Part shown: one piece after another, positions 18,540-28,953 of the stretch
Layout of the letters: each line of letters opens with the position of its first letter
Position numbering within the stretch: the first letter of the stretch is position 1
The notes under the pieces: generated by a model
Databases searched by the model: none
Told to the model about the DNA's origin: nothing
What the model saw: only the letters and a program-made list of their open reading frames with translations
Program-made: the position numbers and the translations under genes
NCBI GenBank assembly: GCA_946965045.2
Contig: OX337242.1
Coordinates: 2,728,001 to 2,792,000 of the forward strand
Direction of reading: 5' to 3'
DNA: 64,000 nucleotides
Source of the DNA: Epithemia pelagica
Taxonomy: Eukaryota > Protista > Bacillariophyta

Positions 18540-18879
18540 GGTGGGAGAAAACCGCTTTGGAAAATTTATGTTTGCTCAGTGTGTGTCGCGATGCTGACCA
18601 CACCTTTACTCTGATCTCGGTCTGTCTGTGTGTAGTACTGTCAGTTCATTGGAACAGGTTTTTTGGAATTTCATCACGTTCATTTGATTGGCTGGTCAGT
18701 TGAGCAGTGACACTAAACTTTGTACTGTTCTACATATAGTGACCAATTTGAATTCGTGTCCGGTCATTGGAACCGGCCTGGAACGGTGCAGAAATCGATT
18801 CAAAAATCGATTTCATTCAAAAACTGGAATTTCTGAATGGCCCTACCTCGCCAACATCCTATTACTTTCTACATCTTAA

Positions 18880-19101
18880 GCGACCCACATATTGCCCTTA
18901 TCTTGGGTTAACTGTGGGTCGTTTGATTATATCATTTGAACCACTAGAAAGTGTCCTGGGTCGGTTTTGAAAAAGCGACCTGGCTCGAAAAAATCGACCC
19001 AGCTCGTTTTTAAAAACCGACCCAGGACACCTTATAAGTGCCCAATTCACTTGGACGAACGACCCACGGTTGACCCGAGGCAAGGGCAATACGTGGGTCG
19101 C
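18880..19101. repeat. Nested 222-bp palindrome between the divergent transposon genes
   Basis: Outer arms 18880-18923 / 19058-19101 (6 mismatches) and perfect 18-bp inner arms 18951-18968 / 19013-19030 share one centre (18990.5). Confidence 0.85.
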
Positions 19102-19294
19102 ACTACTTTCAGAATTGGAGCCAAATTGGGCATGGCCTCCTCGATTGAAAAATGGAGTCCATGATGAAAACCGACCCAGTCCGGATTTTGGTGAACTGTT
19201 TTTAGGGTCATAATTAGTTTTCGTGCGAACAGACCAGTCTGGTTTTGCACTCCCTCGCGCTATTGTTTTACGTACTAATAGTACCTATACTCCG

Positions 19295-20365
19295 ATGACC
19301 AGGTCTGGCCGCAACACTTTGGGCGAGGGTGCCCTGCTTTCGTGGGATTCAAAGTCGAAAGATGCCGAATTCCTAGACAAAATCGTGTCAGAAGGCTTGA
19401 TTCTGGAGAGCGCCGCACCCAAATCTGTGTGGTTGGAACACGCTGTTTTCCAAAAGTACAAATTGGAATCATTCAGGTCGGCACTCAACAAAGCCAAAAA
19501 AATACCAAGTCCACTTGAAGGATCAACATGAGAGAGAGACTGGTCAAGAGTTGTTGGGTGGTGGTGAGACGGCCCCATCTATGGATGGAAAGGTAAGGAA
19601 CCCCAATGATGGAGATCTCAAACCAGCTCCTTCTTTGTTTGGGTCGTCCAAAGGACAAGGTAAGTGCCAGTGTACACTGTTTGTTTGATTGTTGAGTCAC
19701 TGTCCTTACCTGTGATGGTTTATTGTCTTTTATGACCAGGTGTTGCTGCCAAGGTCGCTCCTGAGTCTGTTGTCAGTGACGATGCTATGGTGAAGAAAAG
19801 GGTGGCAGGATCCATGCCATTACAGGAGACACTACAGGTACAACTACAACAAAAGAGGAAAAAGACAAATGAAGAAGACAGTGGTAATGACATGATGAGG
19901 AATTGGGAGCCTCCTCATGTCTTGACACAGTGGGTCGACGACAAGAAACAGCGTCATTTGGTGATTTTGGTGGTGTTGCCTACAGGTATTGCACATGAAG
20001 ACACAACAAATTGCTTGATTGAAGTGGATCCAAGCCAGCTACAGGTACATGTGAAGGTAATTTGGCCTGACAATGCAACTCATATCCTTTATCTAACCCA
20101 ACACATGCACAGAGAGTGGCATGTCGAGGAGAAAAACCTACGAATGAAACTTGCTTTGGAAGACGCCATGAATCAGATGCGAAAAAGAGAAACAGACTTT
20201 GTCAGGTCAAAGTTTTCTCTTTCTCTTCCTTTCATGGTCCAAAGCAGGTTCGACTACGAATTTATGTACGACACAACAAACGGATTCAGAGCGTTGTTGA
20301 TTTCCCTACATGAGCCGGACGCCAAGTTTGAAGGTGGCATGAAACACAAGATGGTGCGTCTGTAA
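19295..20365 (+). pseudogene. Transposon accessory gene (about 329 aa) with one intron and a +1 frameshift in an A7 run
   Basis: ATG 19295. Removing one A at 19496-19502 and splicing 19660-19739 (GTAAGT...CCAG) gives a 990-nt continuous frame ending in ORF 19787-20365. Lies inside the TIRs. Confidence 0.7.
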
Positions 20366-22101
20366 ATTAATGTAGTATGATTTGGGGCGGTTGCAAAAAC
20401 CGGGTGGTGGTGGGCCTAAATCTTTCTATTAGTTCTCTATTTGTCCATGTTCATAGTTTATGCCATAGTACATCGATTAAGCGTTCTGGTCGTGTTCCGC
20501 TTTGTAGTCAGACTTTGCCTGGCATGACAGCGAGCTGCTCAGGATTACCCCAGCTCCCCATAACAGTTCAAAGGACAAAATCCAAAACTCACCAGTGTGT
20601 TTCACGAATAATTTCTTTATTGCCCAAAGCATTCCCGATTCTTCAATCTCTCAACTCCCACAAAATGACGACACCTCGAAAACGCATAATCGTATAACGA
20701 CTTCGGATCATATGAAGAGGGGAAGTTTTTCCGTTACGATGCGAATCCGTGTCCTGCAGCAAGAAGGCCCTGACGCCATTGGTAGTTTACACAACTCTCA
20801 TCTTGACTGACATGATGTTTCCTGAAGGACATACCAAATACCAAGCATCCGGTCCAGCGGCAAAATGTCTGTATCTCTACAATGTTTGTTTTCCTCTAGC
20901 GCGCGCTCCTTCATCGTCACTATCAACATGATTTGTATTATTTCTACGACGCTTGTTTTGTTCCTCTTGTTGGTGCCGTGTAAATGACAAAGGCTTAAGT
21001 TCCGGGATTTGCGACTGTCGTACTCCATCATAAGACGCATATACAAAAAGACCAAAGTTCCCTTGGAAACTGAATATGAAACTGAAATGGTATCCTTTAT
21101 GACATCACCCTCCTTTGTCTCGTTGTGTGATGGCCGAAGATGAAGATGCGCATTGGTCCTTACACCCATGAAGTTGAATGGTTTGAGTGACTTGTATTGG
21201 CTTATTTCCCCATGATATCGAAAGCAGCAAGACGACGAACAACTCAAATTAACATCGGGTTCTTGTTTCATTTCAATGAAAATTGACGTTAGGGGCACTC
21301 CATCTCAAGATCTTTTTGCGATAGTGCAGGAGCTTTCTGTCTGCAAGTCCATTATTGTGGTCAAGAATCAAGAAGACTTTTCACGGAAAATAGTTGTTCT
21401 CACACGAGAACTCCCCCCGACTTTGGGGGGGGGCCCAGGCAGGCGAAGGGGGAAAGGGAAGGGGAAAGGAAGGACTTGCCATAGGATGAGGGATTCCACT
21501 TCCTAACGGGAAACCGATATAACCGTCGCCAATTTTTAATCTTGGTATATCTTGAGTACACTAATTTCTATAGTGATCATTTTTCGTGGAGGGAGTTAAA
21601 CGAGGAATGACAAATCCCCCGCGGCTGTGGGACTGGGCATAATTCGAACTTTCTAACTACGCAATCAAATCTTGCCATAAAAAAATGAGCGACAGAAACA
21701 GACAGATCCTCAGTACCAAGCTTTCTACACAGGAATCACGTATGTACATGGCTACGTGAAATTTGTACCGGAAAATCGCTTGATTCTCAGTATAACACAA
21801 ACAGTAGTACCAAAGACCGTGGACATCTCACCATCCACATTTCATTCCTCATAATTGGTAACAAAAACCAGTGATTACACCGAAGACACAACACCATCAT
21901 CACTCCATCCGTTCCCACCACCATAGCGTTCCCACCACCATAGCGTTGCCATTGCGTTGTCATACCGTTGTCATCACCAACAACAACAACAAGCCGAAAG
22001 CCACAGCGGCACAGAAAGTAAGTGGTTCCCTCGCCGATGGATGTGATGACAACAGTAACTAACCTTTGCTTTCTTCCATGTTTACAGGAAAAGTGGAGTG
22101 C

Positions 22102-22296
22102 AGTAAGGCCGTTCCCAAAACGGACCCGAAACCAAATCGAAAAGTAAGGCCGTTCCCAAAACGGACCCGAAACCAAATCGACAAGTAAGGCCGTTCCCAA
22201 AACGGACCCGAAACCAAATCGAACAGTAAGGCCGTTCCCAAAACGGACCCGAATTCATTCTTTCAGTAAGGCCGTTTTAACGGACCCGAAACCAAA
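22102..22296 (+). repeat. 41-bp tandem array (about 5 copies) immediately upstream of the ATG at 22312
   Basis: AGTAAGGCCGTTCCCAAAACGGACCCGAAACCAAATCGA starts at 22102, 22143, 22184 and 22225, with a variant at 22265. Each unit holds CCGTT-N-AACGG. Confidence 0.95.
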
Positions 22297-22311
22297 GTCC
22301 GGCCATTAACC

Positions 22312-23739
22312 ATGGCCCGGGACCGTCGACCCAAGGCGCCTCCAAAGGCGGCCTCAACAACATCCACGGCAGCAACCGCTGCTGTGAAATCTGAATCTCG
22401 TCCCAAAAAACGGGAACAAGAGGACGATGACAACTTTTCGATCTCGACTCCTATCCCGAAAAAGAAATCCAGGACGAAAGCGCCTGTGGATTCGGAGGAG
22501 GAAGAGGAGAACGAATCCGATGATGAAAACTCAGTCGTACCAATCGACAAACCTCCCAAAAAGAAGGGGGACTCCTCAAAAACGGCCGCCTTGAAAAAGG
22601 ATGAGTCGGATGAAGAGGAAGACGACGAGGAAGTCGAAGATGACTGTCCTATATTCGAGGACAAGACTCTCGCTTTGTCCAACTACCTCCCCCGCCATCG
22701 GACCAAAGTCAATAATTTTATGAACGAAAACGTTACGGCTTCCGCGGCGATCGCATTGGCAAATGCCATTGACGAGAATGTATGGTTCCCGCTGGGTCAA
22801 ACGACTCCTGGCGCGGATCTATACGGGTTCAGCCTGATTGCTCAGGCCAACAAGGTGCCGTTGAAAGAAGACGAGACGCTAGCAATGGCTATGAACAACC
22901 GCATTACGTCGTTGATCAAGCCTTTGTACAATTTTCAGAAAATCGAAGAAGCCAAGTTTAACTTGAGCGATTACAGCATCCCCACTCCAGTGGTGGTTGT
23001 CTTCCCGAGCAAAGGCGATGCCAAATACAAAGGCTTTGCTGTTTGTGGATCATGGATCTACGTTGCCAAAGAGAAGTACACGATGGAAGCAACCCAGCAG
23101 AACTTTTTGAATCTGGGTTACATGGAAATCGTGAACGAGAAAGGCGATCGTGTTCGTCACAAACACAGCCGATCCAAATTGGAAGAGACGACAAGGCGCC
23201 TCGAACAGGCTGTCACGAGTCTAGAGAACAGTGTCTTGGACATCAACACTGCCCATTTGGAATCGAGCATCAAAACGGAAGACACCACTCGGCGCCTCGA
23301 AGAGGCTGTCGCTGGATTGGTGTCGAGTACGAGCTCGATCTTAGAGAAGCTTGAACAAGGGACAAACAAGCCCTCCGGTTCATCTGAAGCTACTCTTGCC
23401 GAGTCTCCCGACTCCAAGGGAAAGGTTGGACCTCCTCCGGAAGCAGAAGGACCGGAACAGACCGACGAGGATATGATTCCTACCATTCCTTCTCCAGCAC
23501 CGGAAGCGGAAGCGAAATCGACCCCTCCCAAACCCACGGTTATCAACATCAGCCGAGGTGAAGTTGTTCTACAGAAGGGACAAATGCTCCGTGTCCGAAA
23601 GGGCATCAGGCATTTTGCCATTGTCCCCAACAAGGACTATGTCACAAAACTCCTACAAAAAGAAGAACAACGACGCAGGGAAATGGCAAACGCCGCCCTC
23701 AACCCGAATTCACACCATGTCCATGCGTCTCGCCGTTGA
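22312..23739 (+). CDS. Hypothetical protein (475 aa): acidic/basic disordered N-terminus, globular middle, coiled-coil repeat
   Basis: Long ATG-initiated ORF with a duplicated helix (LEETTRRLEQAV / TEDTTRRLEEAV). No family recognised. Confidence 0.65.
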   Translation: MARDRRPKAPPKAASTTSTAATAAVKSESRPKKREQEDDDNFSISTPIPKKKSRTKAPVDSEEEEENESDDENSVVPIDKPPKKKGDSSKTAALKKDESDEEEDDEEVEDDCPIFEDKTLALSNYLPRHRTKVNNFMNENVTASAAIALANAIDENVWFPLGQTTPGADLYGFSLIAQANKVPLKEDETLAMAMNNRITSLIKPLYNFQKIEEAKFNLSDYSIPTPVVVVFPSKGDAKYKGFAVCGSWIYVAKEKYTMEATQQNFLNLGYMEIVNEKGDRVRHKHSRSKLEETTRRLEQAVTSLENSVLDINTAHLESSIKTEDTTRRLEEAVAGLVSSTSSILEKLEQGTNKPSGSSEATLAESPDSKGKVGPPPEAEGPEQTDEDMIPTIPSPAPEAEAKSTPPKPTVINISRGEVVLQKGQMLRVRKGIRHFAIVPNKDYVTKLLQKEEQRRREMANAALNPNSHHVHASRR

Positions 23740-23940
23740 AGAACGACGAAAAACCCTATCCTACTCCAATTTGTTATTGGAGTGGTATTTGTCATGCCAC
23801 TCTACAAATGGGGAAGAAGATACGAGCACCATGTCCATGCGTCTCGCCGTTGAAGAACGACGAAAAACCCTATCCTACTCCAATTTGTTATTGGAGTGGT
23901 ATTTGTCATGCCACTCTACAAATGGGGAAGAACATACGAA
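23713..23940 (+). repeat. 114-bp tandem duplication spanning the stop of ORF 22312
   Basis: CACCATGTCC...GGGGAAGAA at 23713 and again at 23827. Confidence 0.9.
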
Positions 23941-24184
23941 TGGGGTAAACCTACTACTTGGAATTACTCTGTAAATCCTCGATACTAATATTGCTGTTTC
24001 AACACAGTCGATATCTCTGATAGGACTTGAAATTTTTCACGTGCTTATTATATTACTGACGATGGAAACTAAAGAAGACTCTGACGAAGTGTTGATTTAG
24101 AGGGGCCATGTAATCACATGGACTCCGATGAAGAAGGCAGGGCCACGTTCTCTCGTGGACTCTGAACGAAGAAGGGCCATGTAC

Positions 24185-27100
24185 TTACATGGACTCTTCC
24201 GAACTTTGGGTCCCATTGTTAATTCTGCGATTGGGACAACCAAGAAGATGAGGTGGGCGTCCGTTCCGATTAGGGCGTCTCACCCATTCTAAAAAAGCTT
24301 GACAGCAAATCTGTTGTTGTGCCTTGGGGCGTTTGGTACGAGCGATGTCTCTCCACGACCACGACGACGCAGATGCCTGTGAGCAAATCTCAATGGGACT
24401 CTCTCGAGTGCCCGACATTTCAATTGCCTTCCTGACACCCTCAGGAGGAGTATATTTTACCTTATAAGGATTGGTGATCTTGACCGATGAGGGAATACCC
24501 GAAGCATCGGAGACACGATGCTTGGAGGCCACAGACTTTTTCGCAGGCGTCTGCTTGAATGCTTGAGAAAAAATCGACGGTGCACTCAGGACATCGATAC
24601 AAACGGGCTCTTCGAAAGGATTGCCAATAGTATCCTGTGTTTTGGGTTCTTGTTGGGTTGGCACGATGGTTGCAATCTCTGCCGAAGTGTCCAATTCAAT
24701 GCGATTGGTGCTGATCGTGTCCACCTCGACACCATCACATTCCATAGAAGGTGGAAGTGAGCACGATAGCTGCGAAGGCGAGGCCGTTGGAGGAACGGAC
24801 GCCCTACCCGATCGTAACTCGTGTGGCAACGGCGTTGGATTATGCCCACACGCCCGACAATAACAACGATCAGACAAAGGACTTGTCTCCACTTCGGCTT
24901 CTCTCTGGAGTTGCTCCGACAAGTACTGGGCGAAGAAACGCTCACCGTTGTCTTCGGGGAGAGGACGAGCATAGTCGAAGGGTGACACCGGATAACCAAT
25001 GGATTCAGCCAATCCATTGGCGAAAGTCAAGTCACTATGATTGAAAAACTCGGGATGGTTCTTCCATCCTGAAGGAACATTGGGGCGAGAAACACTCGAC
25101 TCCTCCGCCATACGGATCTTGTGACGAATCTTGGTGTTGTAACGGGCAGTGCCCACCAGATTCAATGTATCACACAGATCCGCCCTCATTCCGCAATTAG
25201 CGAAGTGGGCCAACTGGTCGTGGTACTGCTCGACCTTGGACTCACATCGTAACGAGATATATTCGTTGCACTCGTGTTTTGTGGAAGGTGTTGGTTTGAT
25301 TACACGATAAGTTTCGTGTAAAGGCAGGGCATCCTGGATGTGGACTGCGTTCTTCATCTGTTCGGTCACGGCGGTCTTCGTGTCGACAGTGAACAGCTTC
25401 TTACCAGTACTTGGATCAGTATCGCCCTTATACTGGTCCATCCACCTCTGCAAGTTATGAGCGATCACATCCGGAGGATGTATCTGCTTCATAAGGAACT
25501 TGGAGTACTTGCGGCGGAACTCCGGTCCCGACTGCATCTCCAATATTTCAGCAGGGGAAAGAGGACCAGACCGTCCCATTTGACCCGCCTTCAATGCCTT
25601 GAGCAAGGCATTGTACGAGTCCGGCTCGAAACCATACACGCATTCCAAGAGCTCATTAAGAGCCTTGTGGTAATGGCGATGTCCCTGGCGCATTGTTTTG
25701 ATGATGCGCTGTTGGAAATGGTAGAGTCCAAGACGACCCTCCAAGGTATCTCCAAAGAGGAGTTTCCAGAACTCACACTTCTTTGGCCATGTATCGCTAT
25801 ACATGGAAACGGGGTTGAAACCCTTTCGACGGGCTAAACATTCAGCGGCATGAGCAAAAGACTTTGTCTTTGTGTCCTCGACACAAACGGCTGAGGCAAT
25901 CTCTCCAGTCTCTGTCGCCGAATCCCAAACGGCCTTGATTCCAAGGGATTTTTTATAATTCTTGGCGACCTCCATAGTATGATCCTGGGCGAACATACTG
26001 GAGGTCGTGACGGATTGTATCTCCCTGATACAACGATCTTTGTCCGAAACGCCATAGTTGTTGGCCGTGGAAGTCGAAGCACGGTCAAATAAATCACGGA
26101 GCGAATCTCCTGATGGTGGGAAGGTGGGGAGATATTCGCCCGCTAACTCCGGATACAAAGGGACGCCCAAAGGGGCGTCACTTACACCAATGAGACTCTT
26201 CCATTCCGACAGATATTCTGTGAATCGCCGGAGATGAGTGTTGGTGATGCCAGCATAAATGGAGCGCGACAATTTGTCGGCGTTACCATATGTCAGCATG
26301 TTCTCTTCGAGTACATGACTGCATGCCCGGTCAAGATGGAACATCATACCATTGTCGGCGAACTTCGGTTCGACCGGATAAGCCGACCGAACATGAATCG
26401 GAAGGGTCATGAGAACTTTGGCAGAGTTCCCATCATATCGCATTGGGCATTTTGAACATTTGTACGACATAACAATGGCCCAGTCGGGGGGACCATTGAC
26501 GTTAAAAATGGGAAACAACTTCTTATTCTTTGAGAAGTTGCTGCGGTCTCGGCGCAATGTCCCATTATCGCAATCTGGACAGGGGATGACAATGCCAGGG
26601 AATTGGTCTTCCCAGCAAACATTGTAAATCCTCTGACCCTCAATCGAATGATAATGAGGGTCAATTGGCTGTCCATAACGGACGACCGGAATCTGGAATT
26701 CCAGTGTCTGTGGTGTGAACCAATTCTGTTCCTTGTGGTTCAATAAATGGCGGGTAACTGCCATTATTGGTAGGGGAACCCCATTCTTCTTCTCGGTTGA
26801 GGAAGAGACAAAGTCCGGGTCGGCCATTGCATCTCGCACTGCGTCGTGAAGATTTGTATGGTTGGTTCTCTGAGGAGCCACCATTTGCTGGGCGTACTCA
26901 CGTACGCTCGGTTCTGCGGTCGATATGTTAAAAAAAGTCCCCGTGAAGGGCTTTTCGTTCGTAGCGGCAAGTTTCTTGTCGTTCTCTTCGGATTTCACGG
27001 TGGTTTTGTTCTTATGCCCCTTCGTCTTTCGATTGTGGGGGCAAAGAACATGGTGTCCTCGATGCGGCTGTTTTAGCCCATTGAGTTTGGTGTAGCACAT

Positions 27101-27460
27101 GATGCAGTCCCTCGAAGGGTCGAAGGCCTTTGCATCACAGTCGAGCGCATTGTCAGAGACTTTGCCAGTCATCTTCTTCTGCCCCTTATTCTGGTAGCAC
27201 CGGTATTGGTACTCTTGCTTTCGTTTGATAGCAGTGGTGGCTTTTTGGCGCATCTGGCTTTGGATGCCCATTTCACCGTCTTCTGCTTCGTCCGTTGGGT
27301 TCATTCGGTCCTGTGCTCTCGCTGCTGCGTTAGCGTCAACGTAGCAGCGGAAGAAGAAAGGATCCAGAGTCGACTTGATGCCGCCCTTCGTCCGTTGGGT
27401 CGTCTCCGGAGAGACGCCCTTTTGGCCAGTAAAGCCCATATTAGAATCCTCTTTGTCCAT
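24185..27460 (-). CDS. Large putative transposase-like protein (about 1091 aa; Zn-binding motifs plus a DDE-like core, DUF6729-like)
   Basis: Intact intronless ORF with first ATG at 27460. Cys/His clusters (CIMC...HRGHHVLC; CPDC...YKCSKC; CC...GRPPH...C) and candidate catalytic motifs AQDHT, YSDTWP, RLGLYHF (at the C/DxxH position) and ESKVEQYH. Family assignment is from memory only. Confidence 0.6.
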   Translation of the reverse strand: MDKEDSNMGFTGQKGVSPETTQRTKGGIKSTLDPFFFRCYVDANAAARAQDRMNPTDEAEDGEMGIQSQMRQKATTAIKRKQEYQYRCYQNKGQKKMTGKVSDNALDCDAKAFDPSRDCIMCYTKLNGLKQPHRGHHVLCPHNRKTKGHKNKTTVKSEENDKKLAATNEKPFTGTFFNISTAEPSVREYAQQMVAPQRTNHTNLHDAVRDAMADPDFVSSSTEKKNGVPLPIMAVTRHLLNHKEQNWFTPQTLEFQIPVVRYGQPIDPHYHSIEGQRIYNVCWEDQFPGIVIPCPDCDNGTLRRDRSNFSKNKKLFPIFNVNGPPDWAIVMSYKCSKCPMRYDGNSAKVLMTLPIHVRSAYPVEPKFADNGMMFHLDRACSHVLEENMLTYGNADKLSRSIYAGITNTHLRRFTEYLSEWKSLIGVSDAPLGVPLYPELAGEYLPTFPPSGDSLRDLFDRASTSTANNYGVSDKDRCIREIQSVTTSSMFAQDHTMEVAKNYKKSLGIKAVWDSATETGEIASAVCVEDTKTKSFAHAAECLARRKGFNPVSMYSDTWPKKCEFWKLLFGDTLEGRLGLYHFQQRIIKTMRQGHRHYHKALNELLECVYGFEPDSYNALLKALKAGQMGRSGPLSPAEILEMQSGPEFRRKYSKFLMKQIHPPDVIAHNLQRWMDQYKGDTDPSTGKKLFTVDTKTAVTEQMKNAVHIQDALPLHETYRVIKPTPSTKHECNEYISLRCESKVEQYHDQLAHFANCGMRADLCDTLNLVGTARYNTKIRHKIRMAEESSVSRPNVPSGWKNHPEFFNHSDLTFANGLAESIGYPVSPFDYARPLPEDNGERFFAQYLSEQLQREAEVETSPLSDRCYCRACGHNPTPLPHELRSGRASVPPTASPSQLSCSLPPSMECDGVEVDTISTNRIELDTSAEIATIVPTQQEPKTQDTIGNPFEEPVCIDVLSAPSIFSQAFKQTPAKKSVASKHRVSDASGIPSSVKITNPYKVKYTPPEGVRKAIEMSGTRESPIEICSQASASSWSWRDIARTKRPKAQQQICCQAFLEWVRRPNRNGRPPHLLGCPNRRINNGTQSSEESM

Positions 27461-28062
27461 CCCTCTTGGTTTTGTTTTTGTTTTTAGAATTATGAGAATA
27501 GTCGTGCGTTGTGCGTTTTTTAGAGAGCTGAGGAGGGAATTTTTCGTGTTGGCATTTTCTGGTGAACTCGGTGGGGAATCGGCATGTTCCGAATTCCTTC
27601 CGACCGGGACCACCGACTTTGAAATATTGAATAGTGTTACTTAGATGTTTTTTATAGCTAATTGGATCGCAATTGGATTTTTTTAGTCTAATTATTAGTG
27701 TTGCTCCGACAGTTGGTTGACAGTTGGAGGATAGTGATAGGGGGGAAAAGGCACCAATCAGATCGCTGCCTGAGGAAACTGCACCCCTCCCCCCAGCACT
27801 AAAAAGCTAGGAGTATCCAGTTAAAAAAGCTCTGATAATGAGCTAGTTTGGTTCCCGCGATCCCCAGTTCCAGTCTCCAGTCACGCGACCGAACTACCAC
27901 GGCATGGTGGTCTAGTCAAGAAGTCAAAACTCTAACAACCTACTCCTAGTCAAACCCTATGGACCCATCCAAATGTGCTCCCATGCACATGCACAATGCA
28001 TGTCACACATGAACTATTAAATTCATATCCATTTTAGAACAAGGTACAACTACATGGATTCT

Positions 28063-28801
28063 TTAGAGGAACATTGAGACCATAACCGCTGCCAATGCCA
28101 AGAGCTGGGTGACAATGGATCCCGTCACGACAGCTGCTGCTGAAGAAACACTGGGAGAAGGACCAGGTGAAAAAAGAAGCTGCCATTGAGCTGGTAGGCA
28201 CCATGGAACTGGTAGGTGCATTCGAAGGTGAACTTGTCGGAGCAACGCTGGGTGCTGGTTCCACGACCATGCACGGAGCAACAGTACTATTGCTGTCGTT
28301 TGTCATGGTGGACAACAAATCATCTTGTGTACAAGAACAAGAGGACTCGATCTGTATCGTTGCAAGAGCAATCAAACAACTTCCTCCATATTGACAGACA
28401 CCAAAGTTGATATCAATGTCGTAAAAACGGTCTTGGTCTAGTTCCGCCACCGTCAAACCTTTGCGATAGCGATTATCGTCATCAAAAGGATACCGAAAAC
28501 CTGCTGAAGAAGCACCAGAAACGTCGGCAAATATAGCATCTGGAATTCCATTCTCATGGTCTTTCTCATTAAATTCAATAGCAACCGCTTTATTTGTCAG
28601 TGGGCAATTGATTGTCGCCGCAGTGTCCAACTGAATGGCAAAACAAGCGAAAGACTTGTACCAACCCACGAACTTTTCCGACCTCAAGTAAGAATCGCGA
28701 CATCGTTCTTCCATTGTCTTGGCTTCAACACCAATCACAAGTCCGTGGAAGGCAGCCAGAGAAAGCACAAAGGGGCAACTGGTAATCCAGGAAAACGTCA
28801 T
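28063..28801 (-). CDS. Secreted, probably GPI-anchored Cys-containing surface protein (245 aa after correcting a 1-nt frameshift)
   Basis: Signal peptide (FVLSLAAFHGLVIGVEA) and PSVAPTSSPS linker. Removing one base from the A6 run at 28170-28175 gives the hydrophobic C-terminus SSAAAVVTGSIVTQLLALAAVMVSMFL. Confidence 0.65.
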
Positions 28802-28953
28802 GATCTTCGTATCTTTTCCCTTCCTCGATGAATCAGAAAGAATGGATACTGGAAACGGCCAAAGGTCAGTGAATCGTTGTTCTTACAGTCTTGAAGACAG
28901 ATCGCGATGTATGGTTCGTATGCACTTAGAAAGATTGCTTCACTGTTCTTCCA

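Larger units (their letters stand above)
17558..20416. mobile_element. PIF/Harbinger-type DNA transposon with two divergent genes
   Basis: TIR core CCCACCACCACCCGGTT at 17560-17576, inverted at 20398-20414, plus AACCGC/GCGGTT. TAA flanks both ends (17555-17557 and 20417-20419). The right end reads GGCCC, the left end AACCC. Confidence 0.8.

Noticed and set aside
21425-21464. G-quadruplex-like tract as an element terminus
   Set aside because: G-runs are present, but I found no matching inverted end or TSD; function unsupported.
22102-22296. CRISPR array (palindromic ~40-bp repeats)
   Set aside because: Units are contiguous with only 1-3 variable bases and no unique spacers; no cas genes; eukaryotic context.
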